A DNA stretch of 64,000 nt from Gammaproteobacteria bacterium. Lineage in GTDB: Bacteria; Pseudomonadota; Gammaproteobacteria; Eutrophobiales; Eutrophobiaceae. The position numbers were made by a program, and so were the translations under genes. The stretch covers positions 2,208,001 to 2,272,000 of the forward strand of contig OZ244905.1 in the NCBI GenBank assembly GCA_965221695.1. Direction: 5' to 3'. Below, in pieces: positions 18,428 to 28,062 of this stretch. A model generated the notes under the pieces. The model had not been told where the DNA came from. It worked only from the letters and a program-made list of their open reading frames with translations, and did not search any database. The first letter of the stretch is position 1, and each line of letters starts with the position of its first letter.

Positions 18428-21175
18428 ATGCCAAAAAAATTATTGACCCTGGTGGACGGGTCCTATTACCTGTTCCGCGCCTACCATGCGATGCCGGGCC
18501 TGACGAACTCTGAGAAAGAGCCGACCGGGGCCATATACGGTGTTATCAATATGTTGCGCAAACTCCACAAGGAAGAGCAGCCGGATTACTTTGCGGTCGT
18601 CTTTGATGCCAAGGGAAAGAGTTTCCGCAACGACCTGTATCCCGAGTATAAAGCCAACCGCCCGCCGGCCCCGCTCGACCTGGTGGCGCAGATTGAACCC
18701 CTGCATGAAATTATCCGCGCGCTGGGTGTTCCCCTGTTGCTCATTGACAACGTGGAAGCGGATGACGTGATCGCCACGCTGGCGGCCCGGGCTGCGGGCG
18801 CAGGCTTGCAGACGCTGGTATCCACCGGCGACAAGGACCTCGCGCAGATCGTCAATGACGATATTCACTTGATCAATACCATGAACAATACCCGCTTTGA
18901 CAGGGCCGGCGTGATCGAAAAATACGGGGTGCCGCCGGAGCGCATCGTGGATTACCTTGCGTTGATCGGCGACACATCGGACAACGTGCCGGGGATTCCC
19001 AAGGTGGGGCCGAAGACCGCAGTCAAGTGGTTGGCGGAACATGGGAGCCTGGACGAGATCGTGGCCAGGGCGAGCAGTTTTACCGGTAAGGTCGGAGAAT
19101 ACTTGCGGGAACACCTGGACCAGATTCCGTTGAGCAAGGAACTGGTGACCCTGAAAACCGACCTGGAACTGCCCGTCGAACCGCAGCAGTTGCTGATCAC
19201 CGAACAGGATAAAATGGCGCTGAGGGAACACTACAAACGTTGGGGTTTTCGCAGTTGGCTGCCGGACATAAACGGCGGCGTGCGCGCCGCGCCCGGAACA
19301 ACCGTGCCCGCGCAGGAACCGGAACCCACCGCCGGGTTGCAGAATGAGGAGGATGTGGAACCGGCGGAGGAACAATATGAAACGGTACTCACCGTCGAGC
19401 GCCTCGAGCGCTGGATAGACAAGCTGGCCACCGCAGAGCTGTTTGCCTTTGATACGGAAACCACGAGCTTGGATTATATGCGGGCGGAACTGGTTGGCGT
19501 GTCCTTTTCGGTGCGGCCCGGCGAGGCAGCTTATGTGCCTGTCGCCCATGATTACGACGGCGCGCCGAAGCAGATCTCGCGCCGCAAGGTCCTGGAGAAA
19601 CTGCGCCCGTTGCTGGAATCGGAGCAGCCGCGTATTGTCGGCCAGAACCTGAAATACGATCGCAACGTCCTGGCCAACTACCGCATTGAACTGAATGGAA
19701 CAGCCCATGATTCCATGCTGCAGTCCTACGTGCTGGACAGCGTGGCCACCCGCCATGATATGACCAGCCTGGCAGGAAAATACCTGGGCAGGACCGTCAC
19801 CAGCTATGAAGATGTGGCCGGCAAAGGCGCCAAACAGGTTCCATTCAACCAGGTGCCGATCGAACAGGCGTCCGCCTACGCCGCAGAGGACGCCGACATT
19901 ACCCTGCGTTTGCACCGTGCACTGTGGCCGAAGCTGGCCGCAGAGCCGGGCTTGCGGGAATTGTACACGCGTATCGAAATGCCGTTGGTCGGCGTTATTG
20001 CACGCATGGAACGCAATGGGGTTCTGATCGACAAGGAAATGCTGAAACGGCAAAGTGACGAACTGAAGGAACAGATGCAGGAGGTCGAACAGCACGCGCA
20101 CCGGCTCGCGGGCCAGGCATTCAATATCGGCTCTCCCAAGCAGATCCAGGAGATACTCTACGAAAAAATGCAATTGCCGGTCACGGCCAAGACCCCGACG
20201 GGGCAGCCATCCACTGCAGAATCCGTGTTGCAGGAGTTGGCCGCAGACCACGAACTGCCGGCATTGATCCTGAAACACAGGGAGTTCAGCAAGCTCAAAT
20301 CCACTTACACCGACCGGTTGCCCGAACAGGTCAACCCGGCCAGCGGTCGGGTACACACTTCCTACCACCAGGCCGTTGCCGCAACGGGCAGGTTTTCCTC
20401 ATCGGACCCGAACCTGCAGAACATTCCGATCCGCACTGAGGAGGGCAGGAAAATACGCCGGGCATTCATTGCGCCTCCCGGACACGTGCTGCTGGCGGCG
20501 GATTATTCCCAGATAGAACTGCGCATTATGGCGCACCTCTCCGGCGACGCTGCGCTGCTGGCCGCGTTTGCCGCCGGCAGCGACATTCACCGGGCCACTG
20601 CGGCCGAGGTGTTCGGGGTAAGCATGGCTGAGGTCAGTACCGAGCAGCGCAGGGCGGCCAAAGCCATCAACTTTGGCCTGATTTACGGGATGTCGCCATT
20701 CGGTCTCGCCCGGCAACTGGGAATAGACAGGGGTTCTGCGCGCCGCTACGTGGACAGGTATTTTGAACGGTATCCTGCGGTCAAGGAATATATGGATGCG
20801 ACCCGCGTGCAAGCCAGGGAAACCGGTTACGTGGAAACGGTGTTCAAACGCCGCCTGTACCTGCCTGATATTGCGGCCGGTAACGCCGCCAGACGCCAGT
20901 ATGCGGAACGTACCGCCATCAACGCGCCGATGCAGGGAACGGCAGCCGACATCATCAAACGGGCGATGATCGAGATCGACAAAAAACTGTTGCGTTCGGA
21001 AAAAAATATCAGGATGATCATGCAGGTTCACGACGAACTGGTATTTGAGGTTGCACAAGCTGAGGCGGCTGACTATGCGCGGGAAATCAGCAGCTTGATG
21101 TCCGCCGCGGCGGTACTGAGCGTGCCCTTAATCGTTGACGTCGGTAACGGCGCCAACTGGGATCAGGCGCATTAA
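18428..21175 (+). CDS. polA: DNA polymerase I
   Basis: 5'-3' exo (LVDGS..RAYHA), 3'-5' exo (FDTET), polymerase motifs DYSQIELR, KAINFGLIYG, QVHDEL. Confidence 0.99.
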   Translation: MPKKLLTLVDGSYYLFRAYHAMPGLTNSEKEPTGAIYGVINMLRKLHKEEQPDYFAVVFDAKGKSFRNDLYPEYKANRPPAPLDLVAQIEPLHEIIRALGVPLLLIDNVEADDVIATLAARAAGAGLQTLVSTGDKDLAQIVNDDIHLINTMNNTRFDRAGVIEKYGVPPERIVDYLALIGDTSDNVPGIPKVGPKTAVKWLAEHGSLDEIVARASSFTGKVGEYLREHLDQIPLSKELVTLKTDLELPVEPQQLLITEQDKMALREHYKRWGFRSWLPDINGGVRAAPGTTVPAQEPEPTAGLQNEEDVEPAEEQYETVLTVERLERWIDKLATAELFAFDTETTSLDYMRAELVGVSFSVRPGEAAYVPVAHDYDGAPKQISRRKVLEKLRPLLESEQPRIVGQNLKYDRNVLANYRIELNGTAHDSMLQSYVLDSVATRHDMTSLAGKYLGRTVTSYEDVAGKGAKQVPFNQVPIEQASAYAAEDADITLRLHRALWPKLAAEPGLRELYTRIEMPLVGVIARMERNGVLIDKEMLKRQSDELKEQMQEVEQHAHRLAGQAFNIGSPKQIQEILYEKMQLPVTAKTPTGQPSTAESVLQELAADHELPALILKHREFSKLKSTYTDRLPEQVNPASGRVHTSYHQAVAATGRFSSSDPNLQNIPIRTEEGRKIRRAFIAPPGHVLLAADYSQIELRIMAHLSGDAALLAAFAAGSDIHRATAAEVFGVSMAEVSTEQRRAAKAINFGLIYGMSPFGLARQLGIDRGSARRYVDRYFERYPAVKEYMDATRVQARETGYVETVFKRRLYLPDIAAGNAARRQYAERTAINAPMQGTAADIIKRAMIEIDKKLLRSEKNIRMIMQVHDELVFEVAQAEAADYAREISSLMSAAAVLSVPLIVDVGNGANWDQAH

Positions 21176-21316
21176 AACATGGCGCGCAACTTTTCCGGCA
21201 TTGCTGAAATACTGTGCTAACATTAACAACAAATGTGTACGTTTCTTACAGGCATTTCCTTGGTTCTTGTACACGAGAATCAGGGTATTTGAATTAGATT
21301 TATCTGCAAACGCGCA

Positions 21317-22075
21317 ATGCTGTTAATTCCTGCGATTGATATAAAAAACGGCAAGTGCGTCCGCTTACGCCAGGGAGATATGGACGAGGAAACCATTTAC
21401 AACAACGACCCTGTTGAGATGGCGAGCAAGTGGGTCGAAACCGGCGCAAAACGGCTGCACATCATCGATCTCGACGGCGCGGTGTCAGGCCGCCCCGTGA
21501 ATGCTGACATCATCCACGATATAGCCGAAGCGCATCCCGATATTGAAATCCAGGCCGGTGGGGGAATTCGGGATGAAGACACGATCCAGACCTACCTGGA
21601 CGTGGGGGTGAACTACGTGATCATCGGGACCCGCGCAGTGACGACCCCCCACTTTGTTTCCGATATCTGCCTCGAATTCCCGGGGCATGTTATTGTCGGC
21701 CTCGATGCAAAAAATGGCAAACTGGCGACCAACGGTTGGTCAAAACTGTCTCATCACGACGTTATCGATATCGCCCAGCGGTTCGAACAGGACGGCGTAT
21801 CCGCAATCATCTTCACAGATATCGGCCGGGACGGCATGATGAACCGGGTTAATATTGAAACCAGTGTGCAACTCGCGCGGTCTGTGACGATACCGGTTAT
21901 TGCCTCAGGCGGGATCAAGGACCTGGAAGACATCAAGGCATTGTGTTCCGTGGCCGGCGAAGGCATTGCCGGCGCCATCACCGGGCGCGCGATCTACGAG
22001 GGCAGTCTCGATCTGAAAAAAGCCCTGGACCTGGTCGATAAACTTTGCAGTGTCCAGGGTGGCGATGGCGCCTGA
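21317..22075 (+). CDS. hisA: ProFAR isomerase
   Basis: [34 protein letters not shown]. Confidence 0.96.
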   Translation: MLLIPAIDIKNGKCVRLRQGDMDEETIYNNDPVEMASKWVETGAKRLHIIDLDGAVSGRPVNADIIHDIAEAHPDIEIQAGGGIRDEDTIQTYLDVGVNYVIIGTRAVTTPHFVSDICLEFPGHVIVGLDAKNGKLATNGWSKLSHHDVIDIAQRFEQDGVSAIIFTDIGRDGMMNRVNIETSVQLARSVTIPVIASGGIKDLEDIKALCSVAGEGIAGAITGRAIYEGSLDLKKALDLVDKLCSVQGGDGA

Positions 22076-22142
22076 TCCGCTCCCGGGCCAGCATACCCCG
22101 ACCGAAAACTCGTTAATATCTCCCCCGAATTTTTGAATAGTC

Positions 22143-22916
22143 ATGGGACTGGCAAAACGAATTATTCCCTGCTTGGATGTGGACGCCGGACGCGTGGTCA
22201 AGGGGGTGAAATTCGTCGATATCAGGGATGCCGGCGATCCGCTGCAGGTGGCCCGTTGTTATGACGAACAAGGCGCCGATGAACTCGCGTTCTTAGACAT
22301 TACCGCCAGCAACGAGGGAAGGGATACGATGTTGCACGTGATGGAGGCGGTGGCCGGCCAGGTTTTCATTCCGCTTACCGTGGGTGGCGGCATACGCACC
22401 CTGGATGACATTCGCCGGCTGTTGAATGCAGGGGCGGACAAGATCAGCATCAATACCGCAGCGGTACATGACCCCGGGTTTGTGCGCGAGGCCACCCGGG
22501 AGTTCGGTTCACAATGTATCGTGGTGGCCATTGACGCAAAGCAGGCCAGCGCTGACGGCACAGCGTCAAAATGGGAGGTCTTTACCCATGGCGGACGCCG
22601 GGGAACCGGAATAGACGCGGTTCTGTGGGCGGAACAAATGGCAGCGTGCGGCGCCGGGGAAATTTTACTCACCAGCATGGACAGGGACGGCACCAGGGAC
22701 GGCTTTGACCTGCCCCTGACCTGCGCGGTCAGCGCCGCCGTCAGCATTCCTGTAATTGCTTCCGGCGGTGTGGGCAATCTGGACCACCTGGTAGAAGGTG
22801 TTATCCAGGGGAAAGCCGATGCGGTACTGGCGGCCAGCATTTTCCATTTCGGCGAATATACAGTGGCCCAGGCAAAACAGAAGATGGCGCAACACGGTAT
22901 AGAGGTAAGAAATTAG
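22143..22916 (+). CDS. hisF: Imidazole glycerol phosphate synthase cyclase subunit
   Basis: [41 protein letters not shown]. Confidence 0.98.
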   Translation: MGLAKRIIPCLDVDAGRVVKGVKFVDIRDAGDPLQVARCYDEQGADELAFLDITASNEGRDTMLHVMEAVAGQVFIPLTVGGGIRTLDDIRRLLNAGADKISINTAAVHDPGFVREATREFGSQCIVVAIDAKQASADGTASKWEVFTHGGRRGTGIDAVLWAEQMAACGAGEILLTSMDRDGTRDGFDLPLTCAVSAAVSIPVIASGGVGNLDHLVEGVIQGKADAVLAASIFHFGEYTVAQAKQKMAQHGIEVRN

Positions 22917-23112
22917 TCATGTCCGGCTTGAACGATCTGATTTGGTTGGAGCAGGTTAACTGGAACGCGGACGGGCTGCTTCCGGTGGTTACGCAGGACC
23001 ACGCTATAGAGGTAAGGGGTTAAACATGTCCGGCTTGAACGATCTGAATTGGTTGGAGCAGGTTAACTGGAACGCGGACGGGCTGGTTCCGGTGATTACC
23101 CAGGACCACGCT
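22898..23112 (+). repeat. 107-bp tandem duplication across the hisF/hisI junction; first copy encodes a 34-aa ORF at 22919-23023
   Basis: atgtccggcttgaacgatctga..caggaccacgct occurs at 22919 and 23026. Confidence 0.9.
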
Positions 23113-23427
23113 TCCGGCAAGGCGCTGATGCTTGCCTGGATGAACCGGGAGGCCCTGGAGCTCACCTGCACAGAGCGCTGCGCGGTTTATTGGTCCAGGT
23201 CAAAACAACGTCTCTGGCGCAAGGGCGAGCAATCGGGTCATGAGCAGCAAGTCAGGGAGGTCCGGTTGGACTGCGACCGGGACGCGTTACTGCTGCGGGT
23301 TGACCAGCAAGGAGGAATTGCCTGCCATACCGGTCGGGAAAGTTGTTTTTACCTTCGCAAAACGGAAACAGGTTGGGAGGCAGCCGACCCGGTCCTGAAA
23401 GATCCGAAGGAGATTTACCACAAGTAA
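23026..23427 (+). CDS. hisI: Phosphoribosyl-AMP cyclohydrolase
   Basis: [29 protein letters not shown]. Confidence 0.96.
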   Translation: MSGLNDLNWLEQVNWNADGLVPVITQDHASGKALMLAWMNREALELTCTERCAVYWSRSKQRLWRKGEQSGHEQQVREVRLDCDRDALLLRVDQQGGIACHTGRESCFYLRKTETGWEAADPVLKDPKEIYHK

Positions 23428-23443
23428 TGGGGGAGAAATCGAA

Positions 23444-23767
23444 ATGAACATCATTCATGAGTTGGCGGAAGTGTTGATCGAGCGCAAGGGAGGCGACCCT
23501 GCTTCATCCTATGTCGCCGACCTGTATGCAAAAGGAAGAGCCGGCATCCTGGAAAAAATAGAAGAAGAATCCTGGGAACTGGTCGAGGCGGCAACAACCG
23601 GCGAGCCCAAGGCGGTGATACACGAAACCGCGGATTTATGGTTTCACACACTGGTGCTGCTGTCCCACCTCAATGTTCATCCCGCCGAAGTTTTCTCCGA
23701 ACTAGAACGCCGCTTCGGCACCCCCGGCCACGAGGAAAAGGCTAACAGAAATGCGGACAGCCAGTGA
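23444..23767 (+). CDS. hisE: Phosphoribosyl-ATP pyrophosphatase
   Basis: [29 protein letters not shown]. Confidence 0.94.
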   Translation: MNIIHELAEVLIERKGGDPASSYVADLYAKGRAGILEKIEEESWELVEAATTGEPKAVIHETADLWFHTLVLLSHLNVHPAEVFSELERRFGTPGHEEKANRNADSQ

Positions 23768-23834
23768 TCAATAGACCCACAGGACGTGGGAAAACAGTAT
23801 CCGCAGATAACGCAGATTACAGCGCGTCTCCGCA

Positions 23835-24055
23835 ACAATACCATTCCCGCAGATGCAGATTAGGCGCCGCTCCACAACAAAACCACTCCCGCTTACGCGG
23901 GAATGGGACAGGGGGCCGCTCCCATGAAGACCGCCACCAAAACCACTCCCGCCCCCGATCAACGCCATATTGGGGCAGGCTGAGAAGCGGGAGTCCAGTC
24001 AGATACTACGTCGCCTGAATGGCGACCCATTAATTTACTGGATTCCCACTCTGTG
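23835..24055. repeat. Cluster of degenerate family C (dRS3-like) REP/REPIN units
   Basis: ccaytcccgc at about 23841, 23883 and 23943; gcgggagtccagt..gtcgcc/ggcgac..actggattccc. Confidence 0.7.
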
Positions 24056-24095
24056 CCATAATGATCCAAAGTAATCATTCTGCAGGAGATCAACT

Positions 24096-24320
24096 ATGAG
24101 TTTTGGTATCTGGGAACTGGGGATCATCATGGTGATCGTCGCCCTGTTGTTTGGAACCAAAAAGCTGGGTAGCATGGGCGGCGACCTGGGCAATGCGATC
24201 AAAGGGTTCCGTAATGCAATAAAGGACGATGAGCCTGCGAAGGAAAAAGATACAGCGGACGGCAAGGTCATTGAGGGCGAAGTAGAAGACGGCCAGAAAG
24301 GGAAACCGGCCAAATCCTGA
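24096..24320 (+). CDS. tatA: Twin-arginine translocase TatA
   Basis: [19 protein letters not shown]. Confidence 0.95.
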   Translation: MSFGIWELGIIMVIVALLFGTKKLGSMGGDLGNAIKGFRNAIKDDEPAKEKDTADGKVIEGEVEDGQKGKPAKS

Positions 24321-24340
24321 TCGCGCAGACCTGACCCCCC

Positions 24341-24607
24341 ATGTTCGACATCGGTTTCTGGGAACTGCTGGTCATTGCCGTGGTTTCGTTGTTGGTGGCC
24401 GGCCCGGAGAGGCTGCCGGGACTGGTAAGGGACGCCGGCAGGTGGGCGGCAAAACTGCGCCGTTATGCGCTGCAGGCCAAGTATGAATTCGAACAGCAGA
24501 TGCGTGTCGATGAAGTAAAAGAATTTACGGAACAAGTGGAGCAAATGGACAAGCTGATGGATGTGGCGCCGGACAAACACGGCAAGATCAAGATCTCCGA
24601 CGACTGA
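24341..24607 (+). CDS. tatB: Twin-arginine translocase TatB
   Basis: MFDIGFWELL..GPERLP. Confidence 0.95.
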   Translation: MFDIGFWELLVIAVVSLLVAGPERLPGLVRDAGRWAAKLRRYALQAKYEFEQQMRVDEVKEFTEQVEQMDKLMDVAPDKHGKIKISDD

Positions 24608-24612
24608 ATCCC

Positions 24613-25392
24613 ATGGCGGACGACTCCCAACGTCCCGATTCTGATACGGAACAGCCTCTCATCGCACACCTCGCCGAACTGCGCAACCGGCTGTTGCGCA
24701 GCCTCGCATGTGTGTTCATCGTGTTTCTGGCTCTTAGCGTCTTTGCCGACGATATTTACTCCCTGGTGGCCGGTCCGCTACTGGCGCAATTACCGGAACA
24801 GAGCAGCATGATTGCAACCGAGGTGGCGGCGCCGTTCCTGGTGCCGTTCAAACTCGTTTTCTTTGCCGCGGTGTTCGTGTCCGTGCCGTACCTGCTGTAC
24901 CAGGCCTGGGCATTCATTGCGCCGGGCCTGTACCAGAATGAACGGCGCCTGGTACTGCCGCTGATTTCCAGCAGCGTGTTGTTGTTCTACCTCGGTTGCG
25001 CGTTCGCATTCTTTATCGTGTTTCCCCTGCTGTTCGCGTTCCTGACGTCCACCGCACCGGCCGGGGTGACGGTAATGACCGATATCAGCCATTACCTGAA
25101 TTTCATCCTGAAGATGTTCTTTGCATTCGGGGTTGCGTTTGAGGTTCCCATAGCCATTATCCTGCTCGTGTGGACGGGGCTTGCCTCTGTAGAGTCACTG
25201 GCTCGCAAACGGGCTTATATCATTGTCGGCGCCTTCACCGTCGGCATGTTGCTGACCCCGCCGGACATCATATCCCAGGTGCTGCTGGCAGTGCCGGTCT
25301 GGTTATTGTTTGAACTGGGCCTGGTACTGGGCCGATTTGTCCGCCGACAATCCGAAGATGAAGAGACAAACGAGGAACCGGCAAGCCAATGA
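24613..25392 (+). CDS. tatC: Twin-arginine translocase TatC
   Basis: HLAELRNRL, FIAPGLY, FEVP, LTPPD. Confidence 0.97.
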   Translation: MADDSQRPDSDTEQPLIAHLAELRNRLLRSLACVFIVFLALSVFADDIYSLVAGPLLAQLPEQSSMIATEVAAPFLVPFKLVFFAAVFVSVPYLLYQAWAFIAPGLYQNERRLVLPLISSSVLLFYLGCAFAFFIVFPLLFAFLTSTAPAGVTVMTDISHYLNFILKMFFAFGVAFEVPIAIILLVWTGLASVESLARKRAYIIVGAFTVGMLLTPPDIISQVLLAVPVWLLFELGLVLGRFVRRQSEDEETNEEPASQ

Positions 25393-25429
25393 ATCGCCGC
25401 CGCCCCGCCTGCGATGCCAGAGCAGATAC

Positions 25430-25682
25430 CATACCATTCCCGTGGAAACGGGAATCCAGTTGACAGACCGTCGCCGGTGGCGAGACTAACATATGCACTT
25501 TTCAGCCTGTCCGTGTATGGTGTTGAGCGGAGCAGGAGTAGCACAGAGGTTGGGTTAATTGTTGTATTCTTCCTGGGATTGCTGGGCTTCTGCCCGCACT
25601 GCTGGAGAACATCCCATAACCATTCCCGTGGAAACGGGAATCCAGTTGATAAACCGTCGCCGAAGGCGACACTAACATATGT
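25430..25682. repeat. Two direct copies (about 65 bp, about 186 bp apart) of a family C REP unit
   Basis: ccattcccgtggaaacgggaatccagttga..ccgtcgccg..ggcga.actaacatatg at about 25434 and 25620. Confidence 0.85.
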
Positions 25683-26980
25683 CTTTCGCGATAATTTCAA
25701 GATGCCGTAAACAGGTTGTCGCAAGCTTAATCCTGTTATGCGGCATCGCATACCCGGGCGCCGTCAGTCTTGCCGATACTGCGTCGCCAACACCGCCGAA
25801 TATTGTGCTGGTTCTCGCTGATGACCTCGGTTATGGCGATGTCGGTGTGTACGGCGCCCGTCTTATCGAAACACCGCATTTGGATGGATTGGCGGCGCAG
25901 GGCATCCGGCTTACGAATTTTTATGCCAGTGGCAATGTCTGCACGCCTTCGCGCGCCGGGCTGCTTACCGGTCGCTACGCGATCCGAAACGGCCTGGCCG
26001 ATAAAACCATTACCGTCAATGACTTCCGCGGATTACCGGCCGGTACGACGACCATAGCCGGACTGCTGCAACAGCATGGCTATCGCACCGCATTGATCGG
26101 CAAGTGGCACCTGGGTCACCACAAGCCTTCCCAACGACCGAATGCGCTGGGCTTCGACCTCTTTTATGGCCTGTTGCACCCCAATGATGTTGAACAACCG
26201 TTATATCGGGATACACAGGCGACGGCTGAGCCGTTCGACCAGGGCGCGTTGACGCGCCGTTTCACTGAGGAAGCGCTCCGCTTTATTGAAAACGATACGC
26301 GCCAGCCATTTTTTCTGCTTTTGTCTCACACTGCGCCGCATATTCCCCTGGTTCCTTCCGCCGCCTTCGCGAATACTTCCCGCGCCGGCGCCTATGGCGA
26401 TGTGGTGCAAGAACTTGACTGGAGTGTCGGCCAATTGCTGGCAGCGTTGCAGCGCAATGGTCTCGCCGACAACACAGTTGTGATATTTACCAGCGACAAC
26501 GGCCCTTTTCCCGAAGGCAGTACCGGCGGTTTGCGCGGCGGTAAAGGCACCGCCTGGGACGGCGGTTACCGCGTCCCGTTCATTGCGCGCTGGCCGGGGC
26601 GGATCCCTGCTGCCACCAGCGCCGGCGCGATAGCGATGAATATCGACTTGCTACCGACTTTCGCGGCGTTGGCCGGCGCGCCATCACCACGCGCACAACT
26701 TGACGGTCGGAATATCCTCCCGGTCCTGCTGGGCAACAACGACGCATCGCCGCACCAGGCGCTGTATTTCTTCAACAATGAGCATATCGCCGCGCTGCGC
26801 ACGCAAAATTGGAGAATGGTGGTCAGGGCCGGCTACCGCGACATCCAGCGCCGCCTCCCGGAACACGAGGTTTACCTGTTATTCGACATGCGCACAGACC
26901 CGGAAGAACGCTACAGCCAGGCACAGCGCCACCCCGACAAATGGCAGGAATTACAAACCTTGCTCAAACGCGGCCCGTAG
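25679..26980 (+). CDS. Arylsulfatase-family sulfatase (exported)
   Basis: PNIVLVLADDLGYGD, CTPSRA formylglycine motif, GKWHLG, FTSDNG. Confidence 0.92.
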   Translation: MSFAIISRCRKQVVASLILLCGIAYPGAVSLADTASPTPPNIVLVLADDLGYGDVGVYGARLIETPHLDGLAAQGIRLTNFYASGNVCTPSRAGLLTGRYAIRNGLADKTITVNDFRGLPAGTTTIAGLLQQHGYRTALIGKWHLGHHKPSQRPNALGFDLFYGLLHPNDVEQPLYRDTQATAEPFDQGALTRRFTEEALRFIENDTRQPFFLLLSHTAPHIPLVPSAAFANTSRAGAYGDVVQELDWSVGQLLAALQRNGLADNTVVIFTSDNGPFPEGSTGGLRGGKGTAWDGGYRVPFIARWPGRIPAATSAGAIAMNIDLLPTFAALAGAPSPRAQLDGRNILPVLLGNNDASPHQALYFFNNEHIAALRTQNWRMVVRAGYRDIQRRLPEHEVYLLFDMRTDPEERYSQAQRHPDKWQELQTLLKRGP

Positions 26981-26983
26981 AAA

Positions 26984-27120
26984 CAGAGAAACAGGGTCGG
27001 GCCTGCCTAATTGTGCCCAACTCTTTGTTTCCATTGAGTTGGTTTGTTGCAGGTGTCTGTTATGCTCCCTTAAACCCCACTTTTTGCCGCCAAAACCGAG
27101 GTTTTAAGATTCTTTTCCCT
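26984..27120. mobile_element. Family B MITE, truncated left portion
   Basis: Colinear match to 29419-29555 starting with terminal repeat cagagaaacagggtcgggcctgcctaa. Confidence 0.8.
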
Positions 27121-27311
27121 GTTTAACGGTATGACTCTATACCATCCACACGCGCCAATACGACCTGTTGGGGTCGCACGACCCTAGAGACCGACCTGGC
27201 CCGGACTTCTGGGACCAGTGGGCCCGGATAGTGTTTCAGGTAATCTGAAACAGCGCGGTCACGATGCGGCGGCCTTCCGCGGACAGGAAGTTAAATGCCC
27301 TGCAGGCTGTG

Positions 27312-27704
27312 TTATCCAGGCAATAGAAACAGCTTGAAAGCGGTGAACAGCGAACCCGTGAACGCAGCTTGAATCAGGACAATTTTTACCATCAGACGCA
27401 ATTCCAGATTCTTGAGCCGGTGGTCCATCGATATTTCCTGCTTCTCCATCTCGTGGCGTAGCGATGTTTCCATCTTCTCCATATCGCCCCGCAGATTCTC
27501 GATGTCACCACGAAGCGATGTTTCCATTTTCTCCATATCACCACGAAGCGTATTCTCCGTCTTAGCCAGATCAGCCTTGGTCGCTACTCGCTCATTAATC
27601 GCATCTTGCACCAGTATCACCACCGATTCCGCTTGTTTGGCCTCCATGCCGGAGTCCTTCAAGCCTTGTGCCATCTTCAGTGTATCAAAAGCTATATCAG
27701 TCAT
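27312..27704 (-). CDS. DUF1640/CCDC90-like coiled-coil protein with C-terminal membrane anchor
   Basis: FDTLK..L..G...QAE head, ATKADL neck, LRGDMEKMETS repeats, hydrophobic C-terminus; GAGAGGA RBS. Confidence 0.8.
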   Translation of the reverse strand: MTDIAFDTLKMAQGLKDSGMEAKQAESVVILVQDAINERVATKADLAKTENTLRGDMEKMETSLRGDIENLRGDMEKMETSLRHEMEKQEISMDHRLKNLELRLMVKIVLIQAAFTGSLFTAFKLFLLPG

Positions 27705-28003
27705 TTATTCCTCTCCCATCTCGTTGTTCATTTCACTTGGCCGGAAAACCGACCCTTGCCCCGCGGGGCATAAACCTCACGGGAGGCAGCCCGGATTATT
27801 GTTCCCTCTGCATTACTGCCGCATCCGGCGACAGTTCGGGACTGCTCTCAGGAGTTACTTTATATGGAAGTCTTCGAGGTTGTCAAATACTTACATAGCA
27901 ACCGAATAGATCAGCAAATTATCGCAAAGGGAACAGTACGAGGATTATCTCATTACGGGAAGTGGTGAGTAATAATTTACCCGATTTGGTACAAAACTCA
28001 GTG

Positions 28004-28045
28004 ATGAATAAATTTAGTCATTTTATATTGACTATATTTATTCAT
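28004..28045. promoter_or_regulatory. 17-bp inverted repeat (putative operator) upstream of AAA ATPase
   Basis: atgaataaatttagtca-N8-tgactatatttattcat, 16 of 17 complementary, overlaps a TTGACT hexamer. Confidence 0.6.
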
Positions 28046-28062
28046 TATGCCAGGCTAGTGAT

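Noticed and set aside
18440-20368. 642-aa antisense ORF, and similar long antisense ORFs over mnmE, yidC and mgtE
   Set aside because: Shadow frames of GC-rich genuine genes, with no recognisable motifs
23764-24018. 84-aa ORF between hisE and tatA
   Set aside because: Translation of REP units (HSR repeats); not a HIT protein
25414-25710. 98-aa ORF with repeated HSRGNGNP
   Set aside because: The peptide repeat is just the family C REP read in frame
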